Below are positions 29,848-39,337 of a DNA stretch of 64,000 bases, piece by piece (within the stretch, counting starts at the first letter, position 1; each line of letters begins with the position of its first letter). The notes beneath the pieces were generated by a model. The model did no database searches and was not told the origin of the DNA. It saw nothing but the letters and a program-made list of their open reading frames with translations. A program made the translations under genes and the position numbers. This stretch comes from an uncultured delta proteobacterium (GTDB lineage: Bacteria > Desulfobacterota > Syntrophorhabdia > Syntrophorhabdales > WCHB1-27): NCBI GenBank assembly GCA_963810935.1, contig CAWEPK010000005.1, forward strand, positions 96,001-160,000. The letters are read 5' to 3'.

Positions 29848-30459
29848 CTACCCCTTCTCCACGGCCTGCTGCTGCAGCTTCATCCTCTTGAGCAGCCCAT
29901 CATACGATTCCTGCTGAATGACCTTGCCGAAGCTCTTGCGGTAGTTCTGCACGATGCTCACGCCGTCTATCGTGACGTCCCTCACCAGGAGCCTTCCCTT
30001 TGCGTCGTTAAGAGAGTAATCGACAGGTATCGCCTCGCTTGCCCTCTGCATGCGCGTCTTGACCGTAGTCTGCCCCTGTCCGTCCCCCTCGCCTGCATAG
30101 GTAATCTTCTCCTTGCCGACGAAGTCGAGCACCAGCCTCGAGTACGAATCAAGGAAAAGGTCCTGGAAGATCGACTTGAACTCCGTGCGCTTCGCGGCGC
30201 TCATCCCGCTCCAGTAAGAGCCGAGCGCCTGCTGCGCCATATCGTCGAAATTGAAATTGGCCAGGATGATCTTCTTGATATCGGCTCTTCTCGTCGGGCG
30301 CGCGGCCTGGCCTTGAAGGGCCGGGTCCGTCTGCACCGATATGACCGCGTCGAGCATTTTGCGGACGACGTCGGTCGCCGCGCCGGAGGCTGCAAGGCCC
30401 CTTTCCGGGAGGACCAGGATAACGACCGCAAAAAGCAGAAGCACGATTTTCACTTTCAT
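29848..30459 (-). CDS. MlaC/Ttg2D/HpnM-like periplasmic lipid-binding protein
   Basis: Signal peptide, FNFDDMAQQALGSYW, DVTIDGVSIVQNYRKSF. Confidence 0.9.
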   Translation of the reverse strand: MKVKIVLLLFAVVILVLPERGLAASGAATDVVRKMLDAVISVQTDPALQGQAARPTRRADIKKIILANFNFDDMAQQALGSYWSGMSAAKRTEFKSIFQDLFLDSYSRLVLDFVGKEKITYAGEGDGQGQTTVKTRMQRASEAIPVDYSLNDAKGRLLVRDVTIDGVSIVQNYRKSFGKVIQQESYDGLLKRMKLQQQAVEKG

Positions 30460-33242
30460 GGTTCCTCCTTGAAACGGCGGGCGCGCTCGTCCTCGCCCTC
30501 TGCCGCATTTTTATCGGGACTCTTTCTCCCCCTCATGGAGAGATTCGCAGACGCATGAAGAAGGGCGGGCAGGAAAAGCACCGCGGCGGCAAGGACGCAA
30601 AGGCTCCCTATCGTTGTAAGCACGCCCAGGCTGTGTATTCCCTGGTGGGTCGATATTATCAGGCTGCAAAAACCTACCGTCGTGGACAACCCGGCCAGAA
30701 TCACCCCTGTACCCGTGCTTATCGGCAGGCTGAAGGCGGCGCGGTCGCTGCTCTGGAGCCAGCGCTGGACGACGATGATCCCGTACTCCACACCCGCGCC
30801 CACCACCAGCGGCATGAATATGGTATTGGCAAGGTTCAGGTCGATCCCGAAGACGTGCATCAGGCCCAGCGTCCAAAGCGTCCCCAGGATGAGTGGGGCA
30901 AGGGCAGCGGCGATCGGCACCGGGCTGCGCAGCGTCACCACAAGGATGAGCACGATGAAGATGACCGCGTACACGGCTGCCATGATGCAGGCGTTGCGGA
31001 AAGCCTTCGTAAAAACGGAAAGCGTTATCGGGTCGCCTGTCGCGTCTTTATCGACCGACCGCAGGTCGAACACGAACTTGTCGAGCACATGGGGGTCCCA
31101 GACGTTCCCCGTGGGGAAGATGCGGAGTATGTAAAGGTTGTCTGGACCGACGAACCGGTCGTAGAGCGGCTTCGGCAGGTCCTCCGGCCGCAAGGGCTCC
31201 GTCTCTATGTTCTCCCATAATAGAGAGAGCTTGTCGTTCAGGTCTTCAATCATCCGCAGCTCGAACGATTTCAGCCGTACTTCCAGAAGCGGCTTTCTGA
31301 TAGTCGTGAAGTCCTTCCTGACTGCGTCGATCAGGCGCCTCACCTCCCGCATCTGCCTGGCGAGCGAGCCTTTGCCGTCGCCCCCGGCGGAGCCGGGATC
31401 GAGCATCTTGAAGCGTATCCGCGAGAAGGCGCTCTCCAGCTTGTCGATATCGACGGGACCTGAAGGCATCGGGATGGACCGGATGTCCCCGAGCACCGGC
31501 CGCAACTCTTTGAGCATAAGAAGCTTACGGTCCTGGTCCGCAGGCATGACGCTCAGGATGCTGTTTACCTTAGAAACACTCGGGAGGCGCTCGACCGCTT
31601 TCGTCTGCTTTTCGACCTCATCGAGGGAATGCGCAAAGAGGACGCCGTAAATGCTCGCGTATTTCGACCCCTGGATCAGCCTGTTCTCCCAGATGACCGA
31701 TTCGGCGCTCTTCGATTGCAGGTGAAGCATGTTCAGGTCGAACTTGAGGCCCCACATAGCCCAGACCGAGAGGGCCGAAACGACGAACGCGAGGCTCAGC
31801 AGGAAAAACGTCCGGGGCCGGGTGGTCTTCAAAAGCGGCTTTATCTCCTCGGTCACCGGCTCCCTGACGAGCCCTTTGCGAAAGCGATCGACGAGCATTA
31901 TCATCGCAGGCAGCAGTCCCATGGTGGCCAGCGTCGCAACCAGAAGTCCTATGCTGCAAATGAGCCCCAGCTCCGAAAGTCCCTTGAAGCTCGTAAGGAC
32001 GAGGGGGAAAAACGAAAGGGAGGCGCAGATGCCGGCAAGAAAAATGGCGGGGCCTATCTGTTCCATTGTGGCTGAAAGGGCCTGCTTCGTCGAAACGAAG
32101 AAGCGCTGCCGCTCTTCGCTGTATCGTGCGAACCAATGGACCCCGTAATCGATGCCGAGGCCGAGGAGCATGGGGGCAAAGGTAACCGAGAGCAGGTTGA
32201 GGTGTCCTATAACGATGGTGGTAATGCCGAAAGTGATGCACAGCGCAATGACGAGGACGGCTACCGCGAGGAGCGGCCTTCTTACGCCGCGCCAGAAAAC
32301 GATAAGGAGTACGGCGAGCCCGACCAGCGACAGCCCGGTCGCGAGCCCTATGTCCTTCATCGCAATCTGTTTTTCGTCTTCGTCGAGCGCCTTCTGGCCG
32401 GTCACTCCCGCGTTGACGTCGCGATAGTCCGCCCTTAAGGCGGCCACGGTTTCCCGCAGCGCCTGCAACGGCGGTATGGCAAGGTTGCCGCCTTTGGAGA
32501 CAGGCTGCACGAAGATAAGCAGGTATTTATTGCCTTCCGTCCAGAAATAGCCTTCCTGGGACTCATCGGTCACACTTTCCCTGAAAAAAGAGTCCCAGGG
32601 CGAGCTAAAGGCAGGCACGCCTTCGATCCAGCTTTTCATCTGGCGGAGCGTGCTGATCAGGAAGCCCAAGTCCATCGGGCTTTTGTTCGCCTTGTTGTCC
32701 TTGAGGAAGCCCGTGAACAGCTCACCCACCATGCCCGAGGCCATCTCATCGTTGACCTCATGGAAGAGGACGTCCAGGCGGGGCGACTTTGAAAGCTGCG
32801 CAATAGAGGACGTATGGTCGCGCAGGTTCTCCCGCAGGTCCGAAAGCTCGTGCTCGCTGAGATAGAGGAGCGCCCAGCGCCTCATTGAAGCGCGGTCCAC
32901 CCGCGCAAACACCTGGCTGTAGTGCTCGCGGTCCGCCTCCAGTTTTTTCGTGAGCCGGTTGACGAACTCAAGCGTCCTGTGGGCGTCCCGGTTCTCCACT
33001 ACAACGACGAAGGCCTCCTGGTCGGAGAACCGGTCGGCCATCTTGAGAAGCTGCATCATGCGGTCGCTGGGCGAGATGAGGGAGCGCTGGCTCGTCTCGA
33101 AACCGAGATACCCGATTGTAACGGCGACGGAGACTGCGGCGAGGGCGACCCAGAAAACGAGCGTCGCCAGGGGGTGCGCTATCTGGACGGCGACGAGCTT
33201 TTGAAGCCATCGCCGTATGTGCCTGTGGTTGCCTACCTTCAC
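30456..33242 (-). CDS. MMPL-family RND transporter (HpnN-like)
   Basis: Two repeats with GVTGQKAL/ATGDPI, GLGIDYGVH and GAGVEYGI, FKGLSELGLI, HQGIHSLG; 928 aa. Confidence 0.9.
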   Translation of the reverse strand: MKVGNHRHIRRWLQKLVAVQIAHPLATLVFWVALAAVSVAVTIGYLGFETSQRSLISPSDRMMQLLKMADRFSDQEAFVVVVENRDAHRTLEFVNRLTKKLEADREHYSQVFARVDRASMRRWALLYLSEHELSDLRENLRDHTSSIAQLSKSPRLDVLFHEVNDEMASGMVGELFTGFLKDNKANKSPMDLGFLISTLRQMKSWIEGVPAFSSPWDSFFRESVTDESQEGYFWTEGNKYLLIFVQPVSKGGNLAIPPLQALRETVAALRADYRDVNAGVTGQKALDEDEKQIAMKDIGLATGLSLVGLAVLLIVFWRGVRRPLLAVAVLVIALCITFGITTIVIGHLNLLSVTFAPMLLGLGIDYGVHWFARYSEERQRFFVSTKQALSATMEQIGPAIFLAGICASLSFFPLVLTSFKGLSELGLICSIGLLVATLATMGLLPAMIMLVDRFRKGLVREPVTEEIKPLLKTTRPRTFFLLSLAFVVSALSVWAMWGLKFDLNMLHLQSKSAESVIWENRLIQGSKYASIYGVLFAHSLDEVEKQTKAVERLPSVSKVNSILSVMPADQDRKLLMLKELRPVLGDIRSIPMPSGPVDIDKLESAFSRIRFKMLDPGSAGGDGKGSLARQMREVRRLIDAVRKDFTTIRKPLLEVRLKSFELRMIEDLNDKLSLLWENIETEPLRPEDLPKPLYDRFVGPDNLYILRIFPTGNVWDPHVLDKFVFDLRSVDKDATGDPITLSVFTKAFRNACIMAAVYAVIFIVLILVVTLRSPVPIAAALAPLILGTLWTLGLMHVFGIDLNLANTIFMPLVVGAGVEYGIIVVQRWLQSSDRAAFSLPISTGTGVILAGLSTTVGFCSLIISTHQGIHSLGVLTTIGSLCVLAAAVLFLPALLHASANLSMRGRKSPDKNAAEGEDERARRFKEEP

Positions 33243-34642
33243 CAGTTCCTTACTCCCATCGCGTACTCAAGCTGCGCCATGGACAGGTTGTAATTGAAGA
33301 GGGCCTCCAGGTACCTGCCCCTGTTCTGGCCGTACCGCTCGATGCCCCGCAGCAGGTCGTCGGCTGTGCCCGTTCCCATGTCGAAGCTGGTCAGGGCGGC
33401 CACTATCCATTTCCTCGACGCTCCGGCTGCCTTATCATACGCCTCCACGGCCACTCTCCATTGCTTCACGTCCTGGTAAGCCTTCATTACCTGGATGGGG
33501 ATATTGAGCTGCGCGTTGGCTTTGGTGTGGCTAAGGCGCTCGTACTCCGCCCTCTCCTTCTCAACCCGGGCCTTCAGTATACCAAAATCGAAGTGCCAGT
33601 TCACTCCCGTCACTACGCCGCCATACGCGTGATTGAAATCGTCCGTGATATAAGGGTTATGCAGCGTCTCGCGCCCCGGCGCGACGGCCACGGACCCCAC
33701 GGCGGCCGCAAAAAAGGACGGCATCCTGTCCGCCTGGGCTGCTTCGACGAGCGATCTCTGCGCGGCAAGCCCCTTCTCCAACTGCTTGAACTCGGGCCGC
33801 TCTGCCAGCGCCTTGCTTACATACGAATCAGGCCCACCAAGCTCCTCCAGCTTGAATTCGAGTCTCTTTTCCGCGGGCTCGAAGTCCTTGCCCGAAGAAA
33901 GCCCCAGGAGGCGCTTCAGCGCATAATACGATATATTGGCCCCTTTCTCCGCCTCCGCCCTTCCCCTGATTACGTCCGCCCGGTAGGCATCGACCCTGTA
34001 CAGCTCGCTCTCCACAACGTTCGCCGAGCCGAGCTTGAGAAGGCGCTCCATGTGCGTCCTCGCCTCGTCGAAAAAGCCGCCCGCTTCCTTTGCGGCCTCT
34101 ATCCCTGTCTTCGAAAGGACGAGGGCATAATAAAGCTCCCTCACGCGTAGGGCGATCTCGTTGCCCGTCTGCAGCTCCTGGGCCTGGCGCGCGGCAACGC
34201 CCTGCTCGGCCGCGTCGCGCCTGTTCGAGATCTTGCCGAACGTATAGATGGGCTGCGTCATCATGACGTTGAGCTTGCCGAAAACACCGATGGACCAGTA
34301 GCTCGACGATGGATCGATGATCCGGTTGCCTGCGACCTCCGGCCGCTTGGCGTCATTTACCGGCCCCAACAAGCCGACGGTATCGATCTGCGGGAGAAAG
34401 CCCGCCCGCGCCTGGGCAAGATCGCTTTTGGCCGAGGCGGACGCGCTCCGCTTTTCCGCCATCTCGGGGCTGAAGGCAACCGCCATGCGGATCATATCCG
34501 TAAGGCCGAGCACCGTTTTCTCCCCGCCGGACTGTGCGCGGGCGGCGCCCGCAAACAAAACGAGAAGTGCGATGCAGCAGGCTGCCGCACCCGGAAGCCG
34601 CCACATCCGGCTCACGAAAAACGCTTCTACGTGCGTCTCCAT
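33239..34642 (-). CDS. TolC-family outer membrane protein
   Basis: Signal peptide, AQARAGFLPQI, TQPIYTFGK, ALAERPE, two OEP repeats. Confidence 0.88.
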   Translation of the reverse strand: METHVEAFFVSRMWRLPGAAACCIALLVLFAGAARAQSGGEKTVLGLTDMIRMAVAFSPEMAEKRSASASAKSDLAQARAGFLPQIDTVGLLGPVNDAKRPEVAGNRIIDPSSSYWSIGVFGKLNVMMTQPIYTFGKISNRRDAAEQGVAARQAQELQTGNEIALRVRELYYALVLSKTGIEAAKEAGGFFDEARTHMERLLKLGSANVVESELYRVDAYRADVIRGRAEAEKGANISYYALKRLLGLSSGKDFEPAEKRLEFKLEELGGPDSYVSKALAERPEFKQLEKGLAAQRSLVEAAQADRMPSFFAAAVGSVAVAPGRETLHNPYITDDFNHAYGGVVTGVNWHFDFGILKARVEKERAEYERLSHTKANAQLNIPIQVMKAYQDVKQWRVAVEAYDKAAGASRKWIVAALTSFDMGTGTADDLLRGIERYGQNRGRYLEALFNYNLSMAQLEYAMGVRNW

Positions 34643-35685
34643 GTGACCTCCTTGTTCTCTTCTCCCTTGCTGCTGATAATCCCGGCTTCGCCGTTGCCCA
34701 CCAGGGCCCTATCCCTCTTTCTCATCCCTCCGACAAGTACCACGTAGACAGCCAGGCCGGCGCATGCCCAGACAAGCTGCTCCAGACGCAGCGTTATGCC
34801 ATAAGTAAGCCCCGCGGCCGAATTAAAACCGAGGATGCTGAAGACGATCACCCGCGTCGTCTCCTGCACGCCGAAATCGACCGGCAGAGCAAAGGTGACG
34901 AGGTTAAACCAGATGCCCAGACAGACGATTGCCGTAGCGAGCGACATTGACGCCCCTCCGGTAACAAAAGTGAGGAAATAGTAAGCGGGCAGGATGCTCC
35001 ACGTCAGAGCTGCGACGTGCCATATAACCGATAAAGGCATGTCGTAAGGGCGCAGCCGGTAGTACGCACGCAGCCTCTGGTCGACGTCGGTCGCATGAAG
35101 GGCGGCGGTCCGCAGGCCGGCGCCGCCGATACGATGGGCAACTGCCCAACGCACGACTGCCCCCAGCTTGCCGTACTTCTGGACGATAAAGAAACCTATA
35201 ATGCCGCCGGTGAGCAGGGCCGTGCCTGCGACCAGGGCGGCCCAAAGGCCGCCGGGCAGGACGACCCGGCGGAAGATTACGATTCCGCTTCCCACAACGA
35301 AGACGATCTGGCCGAGCGCCTGGGAAAGCTTATCGATTATGACGGCGGAGGCCGCGTCTGCGCCGGTCCGGTTAGTCGACAGAAGGACCCCTTTTGCGAC
35401 TTCGCCGCCGAAACCTGCGGTGGGGGTAAGGTGATTGATCGACGAGCCGGCAAGGCGGATCGCAAAAATCTTGGCAAAAGAGAGCGATCTGTGGGCGCCC
35501 AACAGGCAGCGCCCCCAGCCAATGGTATGGAAGACCTCGGTGACGCCGTCGAGGAGCACGAGGAGCAGAAAGCCCCATCCGAGCATTACCATCCTCTGCC
35601 ATATCGCAACCGGCCCAATCTTGTAGATAAGGACGGCGAGCAGGGCCACCCCGGACGCTATGGCTATCAGATGGAACTTCTTCAA
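34627..35685 (-). CDS. Lysylphosphatidylglycerol synthase TM / flippase-like (UPF0104) membrane protein
   Basis: INHLTPTAGFGGEVAK, IIDK, PVDFGVQE; multiple TM helices; TTG start at 35685 after AAGGGAG. Confidence 0.82.
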   Translation of the reverse strand: MKKFHLIAIASGVALLAVLIYKIGPVAIWQRMVMLGWGFLLLVLLDGVTEVFHTIGWGRCLLGAHRSLSFAKIFAIRLAGSSINHLTPTAGFGGEVAKGVLLSTNRTGADAASAVIIDKLSQALGQIVFVVGSGIVIFRRVVLPGGLWAALVAGTALLTGGIIGFFIVQKYGKLGAVVRWAVAHRIGGAGLRTAALHATDVDQRLRAYYRLRPYDMPLSVIWHVAALTWSILPAYYFLTFVTGGASMSLATAIVCLGIWFNLVTFALPVDFGVQETTRVIVFSILGFNSAAGLTYGITLRLEQLVWACAGLAVYVVLVGGMRKRDRALVGNGEAGIISSKGEENKEVTWRRT

Positions 35686-35808
35686 CGTTTGGCTCCCTTG
35701 AAGTAAATCAACGGCGCGCCTTCCGGCCGGTGACGGAAAAACAGGTACTTCGAACGGGCGTTGCGAACGAAAGCCGCTCCTCATCGATGCCCGCAGCTTC
35801 CGCGTCTT

Positions 35809-36513
35809 TTAGGCCGCGCCGTGTAACCTCAGATAATCCTCCGCTGCCGCAACATCCTCCGGCCTGTCCACGTCGATCGTCTTTGCGACGGAGACGGCGC
35901 ACAGCCTGAAACCCGCCTCGGGCAGGAAACAGAGGAATTGCCGCAGCGCGCTTAAGCGGCGCTCCTTCGCCGCTTCCACAAAATCGAAGACCGACGGCTC
36001 CAGCCTGTAAAAACCCGCAGTCACGGTGCCCGCCGGACCATCCGTGTGGCCGATCCTGCGTACCACGTGGTCGCGGCCCGCATCCACACGCAGGGGCTTC
36101 TCGTCGTCGCTGAAGCGGGTTACGGCCAGCACCCCTTGCGCGGAGCGAAGTGCCGCCGCGCCTGCAAGGAAGCGTTTTAGCGTAAGCGTCCTGAAGACCG
36201 TGTCCACCGTGAAAAGGACGAACGGCCCGCCCCGTAGGAGCGGGGCAAGCGCAATCAGGCTCTCCAGGGAGTTGTCCGTCGTCTTCTTTATCAGCTCGAA
36301 ATCGAGCGGCCACTTCTGTGAGAGCAGGTACGCCTCGGTCTGAGGGCTCCGCTCGTTGATGATGCAGCACATGGAGGTGATCCCGGCATTGTGGGCCACG
36401 CGTATGAGCCTGCCGATCATCGGCTCTCCGCAGATGGGCACCATCGGCTTCGGGACGGAGAACCCCGGAGCGAGGCGCTCCCCGAACCCTGCCGAGATGA
36501 TGCCCGCCCTCAT
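35809..36513 (-). CDS. Sugar/polyol-phosphate nucleotidyltransferase (candidate inositol-phosphate cytidylyltransferase)
   Basis: ISAGFGERL, PKPMVPICG, TVDTVF, DDEKPL, IDVDRPED. Confidence 0.82.
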   Translation of the reverse strand: MRAGIISAGFGERLAPGFSVPKPMVPICGEPMIGRLIRVAHNAGITSMCCIINERSPQTEAYLLSQKWPLDFELIKKTTDNSLESLIALAPLLRGGPFVLFTVDTVFRTLTLKRFLAGAAALRSAQGVLAVTRFSDDEKPLRVDAGRDHVVRRIGHTDGPAGTVTAGFYRLEPSVFDFVEAAKERRLSALRQFLCFLPEAGFRLCAVSVAKTIDVDRPEDVAAAEDYLRLHGAA

Positions 36514-37223
36514 AACGCCAGGGCCTCCAGCTCTGAAAGCCTCGTTATGATCGCGTCTATGGGCGGCGCATTCTCCGGCATGCGGGGGGCCGGCCCCTTG
36601 AGCCAGATCGTCTTCATCCCGATTCCTGCGGCCGGCACCATGTCGCGCTCGTATGAATCCCCGATGAAGACCGCCTGTTCGGGCCTTAAATCGAGCTTCT
36701 CGAGGGCAAGCATGAAGATGCGGGGGTCCGGCTTGCTGACTCCCACGCGGCCGGAATCGATGACTACGTCGAAGGCGTTCGACAGCCCCGCATCATCGAG
36801 GATGACCTCCAGATTGCCGAAAAAATTGGAGACTATCCCGGTGCGGAAACGGCCCCTCACCGTCCGGAAAAGACCCGTCCGCAAAGACAGGATGTGCTCG
36901 GAGCGCCCGCAAAACAAGCCCGCAAGCCGCCTGTGCATGGCCGCATCGTCAAAGCCGAGCGCCGCAAATTGATGGCCGACGTGCCGGTCGAGCAGGGTGC
37001 GCAGACCTGCCGCCGGTAGCCCTGCGTCAGCGTGGCACGCGGCATCGGCCACGTAAAAAGCGCGCTTGATATCGTCCCTGTGGAACTTGAGCCCTTCGTG
37101 CTCGTAGAGCTCGAAGAACCTGTCAAGCCAATGTTCTCCGTCGGAATCGATAGTCCCCCCAAAATCAAAAAGGAGGGCCTCGCATCCACGGAACCTTTTG
37201 GAGTCCATGATGCCCCTCGTCAT
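36510..37223 (-). CDS. HAD-superfamily hydrolase (phosphatase)
   Basis: LFDFGGTID, IVSNF, KPDPRIF, IGDSYERD. Confidence 0.9.
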   Translation of the reverse strand: MTRGIMDSKRFRGCEALLFDFGGTIDSDGEHWLDRFFELYEHEGLKFHRDDIKRAFYVADAACHADAGLPAAGLRTLLDRHVGHQFAALGFDDAAMHRRLAGLFCGRSEHILSLRTGLFRTVRGRFRTGIVSNFFGNLEVILDDAGLSNAFDVVIDSGRVGVSKPDPRIFMLALEKLDLRPEQAVFIGDSYERDMVPAAGIGMKTIWLKGPAPRMPENAPPIDAIITRLSELEALAL

Positions 37224-37233
37224 AAATCCGTTT

Positions 37234-38409
37234 TCAGTGGATACCCCTAAATCCCTCGCGCGCGCCCACCTCCGGCAGGTGAAGGCGGAGGGACCTGCCC
37301 GGCTGTTTTTCCTCGCACGAACCTTGTATAAACTCCTCGACGGCGAGATACGCCTCGTCGTCCGGCAATTGCACGGGCGGGTGCTTCATGAAGAAGGCCG
37401 CGGGACCCTGCAGGACACCCGATATCCCACGGTCGAGGGCCAGCTTGCAGCACCGGATGGCGTCGATGACTATGCCCGCGGAATTGGGCGAATCTTCTAC
37501 GGACAGGCGCAATTCAATATTGAACGGGACGCCGCCGAACATCTTTCCTTCGACCCGGATGAAACAGACTTTATTGTCTTTCTGCCATGGGACGTAGTCG
37601 CTCGGACCTACGTGGATGTTCATGTCGTCCAGGCGCTCGGCCGCGATAGACTGTACGGCCTCGGTCTTGGACGTCTTTTTCGAGGCGAGCCTTTCGCGGT
37701 TGAGCATGTTCAGGAAATCGGTGTTCCCGCCGGTATTGATCTGGTAGGTGCGCTCGAGCTTGACGCCCCTCTTCCTGAAAAGGTCGACCAGGGTCCGGTG
37801 GACAATCGTAGCGCCGAGCTGCGATTTTATATCGTCCCCGATCAGGGGAAGCCCCTTGGCTTCGAAGCGGGCCGCCCATGCGGGGTCGCTCGCGATGAAA
37901 ACCGGGATGTTGTTGACGAGCGCGCAGCCTGCGTCGAGGGCGCATTCCACGTAGAACCGCGCCGCTTGCTCGGACCCGACGGGCAGGTAGTCGAGCAATA
38001 TCTCTACCCCTGCGTCCCGCAAGGCCGCAGTCACTTCTTTTTTATCCGGCTCTTTTTCGTCCGAAACCAAAAAGGTGCACGCTTCGGGATAGTCGCCCAT
38101 GTGGCCCGAGCAGCCGTCGAGGACAGCCCCCATCCTGACGCGCGTGCCCGTCGGCGTTACGTCCCTGCAGAAGGCAGTCGTGCAGTTCGGCTTCTCGAAG
38201 ATCGCCTCGGAGACGTCCTTGCCCACCTTGCGCCTGTCGATGTCGAAAGCGGCAACTATCTCTATATCGCCCGGCGCGTACCCGCCTATCTCCCGGTGCA
38301 TAAGGCCGATCTCTTCCGCTTCTTCCGTTTTCTTATAATAATTGATTCCCTGCACGAGCGAGCTGCAGCAGTTTCCGACGCCGACTACACCGATTCTGAT
38401 CGGATGCAT
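37234..38409 (-). CDS. ino1: myo-inositol-1(3)-phosphate synthase
   Basis: GVGNCCSSLVQG, YLPVGS, IGDDIKSQLGAT, GGNTDFLNM, SKKTSKT, EDSPNSAG. Confidence 0.95.
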   Translation of the reverse strand: MHPIRIGVVGVGNCCSSLVQGINYYKKTEEAEEIGLMHREIGGYAPGDIEIVAAFDIDRRKVGKDVSEAIFEKPNCTTAFCRDVTPTGTRVRMGAVLDGCSGHMGDYPEACTFLVSDEKEPDKKEVTAALRDAGVEILLDYLPVGSEQAARFYVECALDAGCALVNNIPVFIASDPAWAARFEAKGLPLIGDDIKSQLGATIVHRTLVDLFRKRGVKLERTYQINTGGNTDFLNMLNRERLASKKTSKTEAVQSIAAERLDDMNIHVGPSDYVPWQKDNKVCFIRVEGKMFGGVPFNIELRLSVEDSPNSAGIVIDAIRCCKLALDRGISGVLQGPAAFFMKHPPVQLPDDEAYLAVEEFIQGSCEEKQPGRSLRLHLPEVGAREGFRGIH

Positions 38410-38416
38410 TCCTACT

Positions 38417-38445
38417 AACATATGGGAATCGGGCCGAATTGTCAA
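38417..38445 (-). promoter_or_regulatory. sigma70 promoter of the inositol-lipid operon (probably leaderless)
   Basis: Minus-strand TTGACA (38445-38440), 17-nt spacer, TATGTT (38422-38417), 7 nt before the ino1 ATG. Confidence 0.6.
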
Positions 38446-38560
38446 GTGTTTCCGCCGTCTGCGGGGGTGCGCGAGGGGTGAAGCAAGACCTGGCGGCGGA
38501 CCCGAAAGATGCGTCTTACCGCCTTGGATTTCGCTCGCTTTACCTCATCGCTATGCGCCG

Positions 38561-39064
38561 CTACCCTTCCGCCTTTATCTCTATTTTTTTCGTCTGCTCG
38601 ATAGCCCGGGGCGACTTCGGCAGCACTATGCTGAGCACCCCGTTCTTGAATGTTGCCTCCACCTTGTCCGGCTGGACTTCCGTCGGCAGCGAAACGGAAC
38701 GCCTGAACGTGCCGTAGCTGCGCTCGCTGTAACGCACGTCCCTGCCCGCATCGAAGCGCTCCCATTTTTTCTCACCGCTGATAGTTATCGAGTTGCCGCC
38801 CGACAGCGTTATGTCGATGTCCTCAGGGCTCATGCCCGGCACTTCCGCGTTTATGCGGACCTGTTTCTCCTCGTCGATCACATCCACGCTGGGCATGAAC
38901 TCCTGCGTCCGCCACTCCAAGGGCCGCAGCCGCAGCATGGGCCATTCCTGGAAGAGATCGTCCATCCACCGGTCCATCATATCCCGCATTACGGATAAGG
39001 ACGGCGCGCCCTGGTTCCGCCTGACCGGCACGCCCTCCTCTTTCCTGGTCACCTGTTCAGCCAT
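38561..39064 (-). CDS. Small heat shock protein (Hsp20/alpha-crystallin)
   Basis: PSVDV, AEVPGM, ERSYGTFRRSVSLP, ATFKNGVLSI. Confidence 0.95.
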   Translation of the reverse strand: MAEQVTRKEEGVPVRRNQGAPSLSVMRDMMDRWMDDLFQEWPMLRLRPLEWRTQEFMPSVDVIDEEKQVRINAEVPGMSPEDIDITLSGGNSITISGEKKWERFDAGRDVRYSERSYGTFRRSVSLPTEVQPDKVEATFKNGVLSIVLPKSPRAIEQTKKIEIKAEG

Positions 39065-39174
39065 GAAGCACCTCCATCTTACCGAGAGATAGACCTAACG
39101 TAATGCAGAGATAAAACCGTTTCAATATGCAGCCGCGACACCCTTGCAAACAAAGGATAAAACGCAGAATCTTG

Positions 39175-39203
39175 TTGACAATAGGGGCATTATAGCCTAA
39201 TGT
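39175..39203 (+). promoter_or_regulatory. sigma70 promoter for tRNA-Met/HU
   Basis: TTGACA 39175-39180, 17-nt spacer, TAATGT 39198-39203. Confidence 0.65.
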
Positions 39204-39211
39204 AGAAATAA

Positions 39212-39285
39212 GGCGGTGTAGCTCAGACGGTTAGAGCATGCGGCTCATATCCGCAGTGTCCGGGGTTCAATTCCCTGCACCGCCA
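39212..39285 (+). tRNA. tRNA-Met (CAT), elongator type; CCA not encoded
   Basis: Acceptor GGCGGTG/CACCGCC, D arm AGCTCAGACGGTTAGAGC, anticodon arm TGCGG-CTCATAT-CCGCA, T loop GGTTCAATTCC. Confidence 0.93.
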
Positions 39286-39337
39286 TATTGAAAGCGAAAG
39301 GTCTTTACTCGCCCAATTCTTCAGGAGGATGCAGGCA

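Noticed and set aside
39212..39285. tRNA as an integration site for an island
   Set aside because: No integrase and no duplicated tRNA 3' end found; flanked by hsp20 and HU.
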